From Carpediemonas membranifera BICM (taxonomy: Eukaryota > Protista > Fornicata), in the NCBI GenBank assembly GCA_019828565.1, contig JAHDYR010000012.1:744001-808000 (forward strand): a stretch of DNA of 64,000 nt. The letters are read 5' to 3'. The notes beneath the pieces were generated by a model, which made no database searches, was not told the origin of the DNA, and saw nothing but the letters and a program-made list of their open reading frames with translations. Made by a program: the position numbers and the translations under genes. Positions 57,044 to 64,000 of the stretch are shown here, one piece after another (the first letter of the stretch is position 1; the number at the start of each line of letters is the position of its first letter).

Positions 57044-59023
57044 ATGGCTCGGTTATCTGAGCGTAAAGCGAGCCCTCCGCGTTTAACACCGGCGCAGAGG
57101 AAGCGCGCGCAGTTGAAAGCTGCGCGGGAACGCTCTGGCGTTCGCGTTGTTACGTTCCTCAACCCGAAAACGCGCAATTCATCTGACGATACCGATGTGC
57201 GCCGCTCTTTTCAGATGTCGCTCGATGATCCAAAGAACCTCATCATGGAATTGGAGCACGCCGATCGTGCCAAGAACGGAGAGATGACCGGGAAGGTCTC
57301 GAGGACCACCTTCTCACGCCTGATCAGAGAGAAGGCCCATATGGGCCTGGACACGCTCAGCATGGACAAGCTCATGGAGGCGCTGACGGGCACCAAGCAG
57401 GAGCATTTCACCGGGGACGCCGAGCAGTGCGTCGACTACGAGAAGGTGATGAAGAAGTACGCCCTCCCGCCCGCCACGAAGCCCCACCCCATCGGCGAGG
57501 CCATCCACGAGAAGCTGTCGCAGCGCTACCACGACGTGCACGCGATGTTCCGCTTCTTCGACGCACAGGGCACTGCGGCCATCCACCGGCAGGACCTTGC
57601 TAGGTACGTCCGGGAGATCGACCCCCACATGCCCCAGGCCAGCGTCGACGCCTTCTTCGACGACGTCGCCCGCGGCCAGGAGACGATCGACATCAACCAG
57701 TTCGCCCGCGGCCTCGTGGGGCAGCCCGCCACTGTGCCTGATGCCCCGCCGCCCCCGGCCACGCCCCGCAGACGCCCCGGGGCCGTCGTTTCTGCCTTCA
57801 GGAACGCCGAGGTGGACGCAGACATCCACCAGGAGAACTCAGACGCGGCCAAGGACTTCGCGGCCCGGTGCTACGCCCACACGCCGGCCCTGCCGCCGCC
57901 CGACCCCCTCCCCGCGGACCTCCAGGCCGCTGCCTTCCTGCTGGCTGACCGCATCGAGCAGCGCGGCAGTGTCGCCAGCCTGCTGTCGTCGATCGAGGGC
58001 CTCGAGCGGGTCTCGTTCGAGAAGGAGCTGCACCGCATCGGCGTCGACCCCCTCACGGCAGGCGCCCTGGCCGAGAACTGCTGCACGCCCAGCGGGCTCA
58101 TCTCCCCCTACCTCGTCGCCCAGGTCGCCCGGACAGCCGTCCCACTGCAGGCGAAGGCCGCCGAGCAGCAGCGCCTGCACCACCAGCCCGCGACCCCCCG
58201 CACCCCCCGCCACGTACAGCCCGCCGCGGACCTGCCCCAGCTGATGGAGGACGCGGGGCTGACGCGCCGAACCCTGGCATACGCCCTCTCGGAGCTGCCC
58301 GACCGACCGGCCGCCCACACCGTCGAGACGGCCATGCGGGCCATGGCGGGGAAGACCAAGCTCGCCCGCGAGCTGTGCGACGCCGCCCTCGACCCCCGCG
58401 GCCTGGAGCAGACGCTTGGGCTGCCCTCCGTGTCGACGCCGTCGTACGGCGATCTCGACCCCCGCCACGCTAAGCTGCGGGAGATACGAGGCTGCGGCAT
58501 CCTGACCCCAGCCCCACGGCCCGCCCCCAAGGAGGCCAACATGACGCAGGACTCCCGCAGGTTCGCCGAGAACCTCTTCTCGGAGGGCGTTGAGCTCCCC
58601 GCCCGCCCCAAGTCCGCGCCGCGCCTGCGGGTGAACAACGGCACGATGCGGGACATCATTCAGGCTACGGGCACCCCAGACCAGCCCCGCCGCATGAGGG
58701 GCGCCACCGGCACGCACCACTGCAACTCGGACCACCTGAAGTTCCGGAAAAACGCCGTCGTCGGCGGCCGCACGTGGGAAACCACCCGCGCGAACCGCAC
58801 CCCCACCGGTAACCTGGTCCTGGGCGCTGTGGTCCCGTCGAGCCCCATGGAGAAGCCCCGCGGCAAGGTGCACATCACCCCCGCCAAGTCCGAGAACGAC
58901 GGTAGCGCCCGCCTTTTCAGCGTGTCCGCCTTCTCGACGGGCCACAACCCGGTGCGGATGTCCCTACCGGGCACCCCCAACACGGGGCGCTGGGCGCAGA
59001 GCCTGGAGGGGTGCTTTGACTGA
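57044..59023 (+). CDS. EF-hand-like protein with Pro-rich disordered tail (start may be 57216)
   Basis: Degenerate EF-hands such as AMFRFFDAQGTAAIHRQDL; strong GC3 bias from about 57216. Confidence 0.7.
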   Translation: MARLSERKASPPRLTPAQRKRAQLKAARERSGVRVVTFLNPKTRNSSDDTDVRRSFQMSLDDPKNLIMELEHADRAKNGEMTGKVSRTTFSRLIREKAHMGLDTLSMDKLMEALTGTKQEHFTGDAEQCVDYEKVMKKYALPPATKPHPIGEAIHEKLSQRYHDVHAMFRFFDAQGTAAIHRQDLARYVREIDPHMPQASVDAFFDDVARGQETIDINQFARGLVGQPATVPDAPPPPATPRRRPGAVVSAFRNAEVDADIHQENSDAAKDFAARCYAHTPALPPPDPLPADLQAAAFLLADRIEQRGSVASLLSSIEGLERVSFEKELHRIGVDPLTAGALAENCCTPSGLISPYLVAQVARTAVPLQAKAAEQQRLHHQPATPRTPRHVQPAADLPQLMEDAGLTRRTLAYALSELPDRPAAHTVETAMRAMAGKTKLARELCDAALDPRGLEQTLGLPSVSTPSYGDLDPRHAKLREIRGCGILTPAPRPAPKEANMTQDSRRFAENLFSEGVELPARPKSAPRLRVNNGTMRDIIQATGTPDQPRRMRGATGTHHCNSDHLKFRKNAVVGGRTWETTRANRTPTGNLVLGAVVPSSPMEKPRGKVHITPAKSENDGSARLFSVSAFSTGHNPVRMSLPGTPNTGRWAQSLEGCFD

Positions 59024-59108
59024 TAAACGGATGAAGTTTGGCGTGGTGAATACGAGAGCTGTAATGAAATGACACGACGCTGCGATCCCGCCATGAAGAA
59101 GCACAATT

Positions 59109-59657
59109 ATGTTGTTTAAGCCCATACTAACAAAGAGTGACCGCGAGCGTCGCCTTGTCTTTCTCATCGGGGAGGTCTCTCGTCGCAGCGGCAATGTGAG
59201 GGTTCTTACACACATGCGGGAGGCATACCGCATCGAGTTTGATAAGGCGAGGCTAACGTGGACTGAAATAAGCGCCCTGAAGGCCCGGAGGCCAGACGAT
59301 TGCGGCCACCGCACGTTGGACGACGTCATCGACGACATTGCTGCCCTGCGCCTCCGCTCGGACGAGGCCCATGTCCATATGGTCATGGCGTGCGGCTGGC
59401 TGTCCGGCAGGGCCAGCGTACGCCTCTACCCCCCCGCAGCCCCCCTCGACCTGGGGCCCCCGGCGGGGGCACTGCTCGTGACCCCCGTGCCCCCGGTGGC
59501 ATGGCTGTCGCAACAGACGACACAGCGGCTTGTCCGGCAGACGTTCGGCAAGGGCGTCACGGCATACACCTTCCTGTTCCGGCGGCTGTGGGCCGACCAC
59601 GGGCCACCGACGGTGCGGGAGGAGGTGGCCGGCCCGGCGGACGAGGGCTGCACATAA
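59109..59657 (+). CDS. Hypothetical protein
   Basis: ATG ORF filling the gap between neighbours, with host-like codon bias. Confidence 0.6.
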   Translation: MLFKPILTKSDRERRLVFLIGEVSRRSGNVRVLTHMREAYRIEFDKARLTWTEISALKARRPDDCGHRTLDDVIDDIAALRLRSDEAHVHMVMACGWLSGRASVRLYPPAAPLDLGPPAGALLVTPVPPVAWLSQQTTQRLVRQTFGKGVTAYTFLFRRLWADHGPPTVREEVAGPADEGCT

Positions 59658-59673
59658 AGACTAAGCAACCCGT

Positions 59674-60996
59674 TTACTGCTCCATGTCGAACCCGGTGTT
59701 ACCGCCCAGCATGACGTATATCGTCATGATTAGGAATACGGCCACCACGACGAAAGCACCGTTCCTCAGAGCCTCGCCCAGCACCGCCATGCCGCCCGCC
59801 CGCTTCAGCTCGGTCCGGAAGTGGTCCAGGTCTGTGGTCGCGAGCTCGTCGAGGCTGCCGATGAGGGCGGCCCGGACGCCGGCCTTGACCTTGTGGGGGA
59901 GGGCCGGGAACCGCTGCCCGACGTCCAGCAGCAGCGACGTCGCCGCGGGGACGTCCTCGGACCAGACGGAGCAGTCGAACCGCCCCATCCCCGCGAGGGT
60001 GCGGACGACGACCTGCGTCACGGTGGCGGTGCGGGTCAGGGCGGGTGCCACAGCAAGGGCGGCCTGGGCGTCGATGTCGACCATGGTCGTCAGGGCGTCG
60101 AACTGGAAGGACTCGGGGCGGGTCGGGAGGACGGACGCCAGCAGGGGCCGGACGGCGCGGAGGTCCTCGGGGGAGCAGAGGCTAAGCGCCTCCAGGGCCA
60201 GGGCGGCGAACTGCTCTCCGCTGGGAGCCAGCAGACGCGTCATCAGCACACGCACGGCGGCCCTGGCGCTGACGAGGGAGGCGAGCCAAGCGACGTGGCG
60301 GATGTCAGAGCCGATGCCAGAGAGCAGCGAGACGCAGTCATCGTCGGGCACAAGCGGCATCACACTCTCCAGAAGAAGCATGGCACCAACCCGCGGGGAC
60401 CTCGTCTCAAGGGCCATCATAGCGCCTGCCAGGGCGGCCCGGGCGGCGTCGACAACCGCGGTGGTGGGGGCGGCGGACAGGTTGGCCGTGACGGCGTCAT
60501 CGACGGCTTCCATACCGTGGAAGAGGCTGTAGCCCTTCAGAGCGGCAAGCGTGGGCGGGGGCATCTTGGGCAGGCGGTACGGGGCGAGTCTTGTCACGAG
60601 GTCGTCCATGATCATCCGCACCCGCTGGCCGTGTGCGTCCCGGTACTTCCGCTGCATGTCCCGGTACGAGCGAGCCAGCTCTTCGCCGTTGATGTCGTCT
60701 GCGGCGGCGCTGAAGGGGCGCTTCTTCTCAGCCTCTTTGTGATCGACGACCTTGCGCTTCTTCTGCTTGGGTTTCTCCTTAATCGATTCCACAATGGCCT
60801 CAAACGGGTTTTCAGGCTCCATCGGGTCGTCAATAACGTCATCAGTGATCTCAGGCTCCTGGATGGAAGCGAAGCGGCCGCCGTACTTTGATTCGCCGTT
60901 CCCTTCCTTCTTCTTTGCCGCTGAGGACTCCTCAGGGCGTCTGTTTCTTCTCCGCTCAGGGACCTTGATCCAACCGTCCTCACTCACGATAACCAT
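59674..60996 (-). CDS. Hypothetical protein with C-terminal TM helix (weak TMEM214-like layout)
   Basis: N-terminal GWIKV plus basic region, helical core, terminal hydrophobic segment AFVVVAVFLIMTIYVML. Confidence 0.65.
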   Translation of the reverse strand: MVIVSEDGWIKVPERRRNRRPEESSAAKKKEGNGESKYGGRFASIQEPEITDDVIDDPMEPENPFEAIVESIKEKPKQKKRKVVDHKEAEKKRPFSAAADDINGEELARSYRDMQRKYRDAHGQRVRMIMDDLVTRLAPYRLPKMPPPTLAALKGYSLFHGMEAVDDAVTANLSAAPTTAVVDAARAALAGAMMALETRSPRVGAMLLLESVMPLVPDDDCVSLLSGIGSDIRHVAWLASLVSARAAVRVLMTRLLAPSGEQFAALALEALSLCSPEDLRAVRPLLASVLPTRPESFQFDALTTMVDIDAQAALAVAPALTRTATVTQVVVRTLAGMGRFDCSVWSEDVPAATSLLLDVGQRFPALPHKVKAGVRAALIGSLDELATTDLDHFRTELKRAGGMAVLGEALRNGAFVVVAVFLIMTIYVMLGGNTGFDMEQ

Positions 60997-61161
60997 TGTC
61001 GAGGCGTTTTCTGTCTGCCGTGCGATACCCCGACATCTCACAAATCGTCAGGGGGCAGCCAGGCGTTCGCATGCATGCAGATGGTCAGTGTAGATGCTCG
61101 TGTCGTTTTCAAATGACGGCCTCATTTCTCGGGTCTTCAGCAACACTTGCAAATAATACTC

Positions 61162-61614
61162 ATGAGCGATAATCTTGGTGACACGGCGCCCCCGCCTGAA
61201 ATTGATATGGTGGAAGTGAATGAGGCCGTTGTGGAGGTCAAAGAGCAGACCCCGGTCCCTGATGCTCTCGAAGAGCCAGCGACGGTGCGCGACAACTCCC
61301 AGGAGCAGCTTGGAGACGCAGAGGTTGCCATCCCCGACATGGTACGCGTAGTGACCTGCGATGGCTTCGAGTTCCTGCTCCCGCGGCACACAGTGCTGTC
61401 GCCAGTGCTGCGGCGGACATTCCAGGTCAACGCTGGCAAGCCGGACGGCGACACGCACCACCTGGAGACAGTGGACGGTGCCACCATGCACTGTCTTGTG
61501 GAGTACTGGTTCTACAAGTTGCGGTACCCGCTGGGCACGACCCGGCCGCAGTTCGACGTCCCCGAGGATCTCGCCCTGCGCCTCATGGCCGCCGCCGACC
61601 TACTCCAGACCTGA
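61162..61614 (+). CDS. ELOC: Elongin C (SKP1/BTB fold)
   Basis: VRVVTCDGFEFLL, LVEYWFYKLRY, PQFDVPEDLALRLMAAADLL. Confidence 0.85.
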   Translation: MSDNLGDTAPPPEIDMVEVNEAVVEVKEQTPVPDALEEPATVRDNSQEQLGDAEVAIPDMVRVVTCDGFEFLLPRHTVLSPVLRRTFQVNAGKPDGDTHHLETVDGATMHCLVEYWFYKLRYPLGTTRPQFDVPEDLALRLMAAADLLQT

Positions 61615-61648
61615 CTTGAGCCAGACCCATGCTGTACATAAACCGATG

Positions 61649-62239
61649 TTACTTACTTTTACTCCCTCCCAGCCCCAGCTCGGGGCAGGCCCGCCCGACC
61701 CCCGCCACGGATCCGTGGGTCGACAGCAGGGACGCCGCGGTGGTTGGGCCCACGCCGGGGATGACCGACAGCATGCCCTCAGCACCCCTGCCGACGGAGG
61801 CCCGGGCCGGGCGGCTGGACCTGTCACGGGTGTAGGAGGCGACGATGGCAGCGGCCTCGGCAGGCACCCCGACGAAGCGCACATCGGCCACGCCACCCAG
61901 TAGCAGCTCGGCTGCGGTGTCAGGGAGGGCGGTGCTGTCGGTGAGGATGGCGACGACGCGGTCCGCGTCTGGAATTGGCAGTAGCGGGGGGATGGCGAAC
62001 GCCACCGAGCCGCTGCTGAGCTCCAAGCGAAGGCCAGAGGTCGATGACCTCAATTCAATCGGTAAGCTGCTGAGAGCGGCCGCCAGAGAGGGCCAGTGGC
62101 GCTTGATCTCTGGGCCGACGAGCAATACGGGCCCAGCAGAGCAGGAGCTGCCCTCGTCGTCCGAGGAGACCTCAATAACGCTTTCAACGCACTGAGCTGC
62201 CTGGCTTTGCTCGATTCGGGCAACAAGCCGCGTCAGCAT
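61649..62239 (-). CDS. HhH-containing protein, possibly an inactive ERCC4-family (EME1/ERCC1-like) subunit
   Basis: MLSVIPGVGPTTAASLL helix-hairpin-helix motif near the C-terminus. Confidence 0.55.
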   Translation of the reverse strand: MLTRLVARIEQSQAAQCVESVIEVSSDDEGSSCSAGPVLLVGPEIKRHWPSLAAALSSLPIELRSSTSGLRLELSSGSVAFAIPPLLPIPDADRVVAILTDSTALPDTAAELLLGGVADVRFVGVPAEAAAIVASYTRDRSSRPARASVGRGAEGMLSVIPGVGPTTAASLLSTHGSVAGVGRACPELGLGGSKSK

Positions 62240-62389
62240 TCCATCATGCCGGGACCTACAAAACCCGCAGGCGGCCCTCTGGTGTGGCTGGAGGAGGCAG
62301 CGTCGGGCTGACCAGACACATGCTGAGCCAGCTGTGGGGTGCACTTTTGGGAGGTGTCATTAGACTCAACAATTCTAACGAACAAGAAC

Positions 62390-62842
62390 ATGGAGAGGAC
62401 GCCGCAATTGCTGGATGCTCTTGTGAAGAACGATCTCAAACTCTTTCACACACTCCTACAGAATGCTCAAAGAACCCCAGAAAACCTTTATCTGGTAAAA
62501 CTCGCGAGTGCCCTTGAAACTGGGTTCACAACCACTATAGTCGAGACGATCACATCCTGCTCGTTCTTGCAGTTTCACGAGGCCCTTGGACTGATTCTGC
62601 AGCACGTCCAGGCGTCCGCGCTCGCCAACCTCCGCGTGGCCACCCGATCAATCCCCGTGGAGGCCGCCCCCAGCCTTCTCGCGGTGCCCCCGGACCAGCT
62701 GGAGGCCTACTGCGCGGCCAATGACATGAATGTGTCCGGCGGTGTCATCGACATCCACCACCCGTCGGGCCGCGGGCTGCGGGACCTACCCGGTCTCTCG
62801 TCACTGACCCAGTTCGTCGCCACCGTCGAGAGCGTCGTCTGA
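62390..62842 (+). CDS. PCI-domain protein of the CSN8/PSMD8/eIF3K family (eIF3K-like)
   Basis: ETITSCSFLQFHEAL..LRVATRSIPV..SLL pattern and size. Confidence 0.55.
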   Translation: MERTPQLLDALVKNDLKLFHTLLQNAQRTPENLYLVKLASALETGFTTTIVETITSCSFLQFHEALGLILQHVQASALANLRVATRSIPVEAAPSLLAVPPDQLEAYCAANDMNVSGGVIDIHHPSGRGLRDLPGLSSLTQFVATVESVV

Positions 62843-62866
62843 GAGTAAAGCACATAGCCGTCTAGT

Positions 62867-64000
62867 TTAGTACTCCTCGGGCTCGGGGGCCGGCGGGTCC
62901 GGCAGGGGCAGTGTCTCGAGCAGGGCGAACGACTCGTCCTCATCGATCAGCGGGCTCACGCGGCGGGCCTCACCGAGCGCCACCGCACGCACGCGAGCCG
63001 CTAATATTCGCGCAACGTGCTCAGCAATGACGTTGTCGGGCTGGCGCAGGGCGTCGACGTCATCGTCCGTGACGGCCTTTCGCTTCTGCTTCTTAAGTGC
63101 GGCCTTGACGACCTGGCTGGACGCCGCGGCCTTCTTCTTGCGGGCCTCCTTGAGTGCACGGTCCCGCTCCCGCGTGAGCCGCAGGGTCAGCCACACCCGC
63201 TCCCAGTCCCTTAAACTGCGGGTTAGTACGACCTCCTTCGCCTCGAGGGACAGACGATGCCGCCGGTACGTCCGCTGGACAGTGACAACGCACCACCGGA
63301 ACTGTCGGATGGCCGTGTTGATGCCCGCCGTGTGGCGCAGTTCGGCGATGAACTCCACCACAGTCGTTGTCGCCCGGGCCTTGCTCTGGACCCGTCGCCG
63401 GAGCATGTAGCTGAAGATCACCGCCTGTATGGACCCCATTGCCGCCTCCCGCCGAGCCTGTACCGCCCGCAGGATCTTACCGCGCCAGGCGGTCTGGACG
63501 AGGGTCGCGGCCGTGTCTCGCTTGACCTGCTCCAGCCGGGTCGCCCGCACGGACACCAGCAGCGACACAATCGCCTGGTGCCGCGCCAGCATCGCTGTGG
63601 CCAGGCGCCACCGCCCTCTCTGGAGCTGCAGGGCCGTCGACCGCACCGCCAGCCGCTGGAGGGCCGTCATGCCGTTGTCCCTTCGGCCCGACCGCGACAG
63701 CACGAGCTCCCGCCGCATCTGCTCGCGCTCCTTGTTGTGCTTGACGACGAACTCCAACCGGGCGTTGTGGGCCTCGGCGCGCTGCTCGAGCCGGGTCCGG
63801 ACAAGGTCGGGCGTCCGTGCCCCAGCCGCGCGCTTGTTGTCGACTATCATGTTCCGCCGCCCGTACGACCGCACGAACGCCGCGGCCCTCTCGCTTCTCA
63901 CAACGGCGGCCCGGGCCTCGAGCTCCTTGCGGCCCTGGTCGTCCCGGTACTGCGCCATGCGGAGCTGGAGCCGCTTGCTGGTCGTCATGTGCTCGTCGTC
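62867..64000 (-). CDS. IQ-motif coiled-coil protein (5' end may lie beyond the window)
   Basis: AATLVQTAWRG and VVTVQRTYRRH IQ-like motifs. Confidence 0.7.
   Translation of the reverse strand, partial: DDEHMTTSKRLQLRMAQYRDDQGRKELEARAAVVRSERAAAFVRSYGRRNMIVDNKRAAGARTPDLVRTRLEQRAEAHNARLEFVVKHNKEREQMRRELVLSRSGRRDNGMTALQRLAVRSTALQLQRGRWRLATAMLARHQAIVSLLVSVRATRLEQVKRDTAATLVQTAWRGKILRAVQARREAAMGSIQAVIFSYMLRRRVQSKARATTTVVEFIAELRHTAGINTAIRQFRWCVVTVQRTYRRHRLSLEAKEVVLTRSLRDWERVWLTLRLTRERDRALKEARKKKAAASSQVVKAALKKQKRKAVTDDDVDALRQPDNVIAEHVARILAARVRAVALGEARRVSPLIDEDESFALLETLPLPDPPAPEPEEY

Overview
This is DNA from a compact, GC-rich, intron-poor microbial eukaryote; the organism cannot be identified from sequence alone. 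Host genes sit at 8.2-15.2 kb (C2 + lipase-3, SMG1-like PIKK) and 55.8-64 kb (class I aldolase, EF-hand protein, elongin C, HhH/EME1-like, eIF3K-like, IQ protein), with two tRNA genes. The rest is a nested pile of young transposons: two APE-type non-LTR families (LINE-A once; LINE-B three times, all lacking RT), two PAT-like DIRS-order tyrosine-recombinase retrotransposon families with split direct repeats (DIRS-A three times; DIRS-B once plus two solo remnants), two chromodomain Ty3/Gypsy elements plus a solo LTR, and a DD37E IS630/Tc1-like DNA transposon with a passenger gene. A complex segmental duplication runs through the pile. Most notable: (1) both LINE families encode a Maelstrom/arenavirus-NP-like Zn-binding DEDDh exonuclease, with an added OTU protease in LINE-A; (2) both Gypsy families have a 12-bp perfect palindrome in identical register where a tRNA PBS should be; (3) the YR elements lie 31-42 bp downstream of tRNA genes; (4) the RT loss in LINE-B looks like splicing; (5) a tRNA(UGC) lacks G3:U70. 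Most frameshifts fall in homopolymers and differ between copies, so they are probably long-read consensus errors. All domain calls are by eye from motifs; no searches were run.
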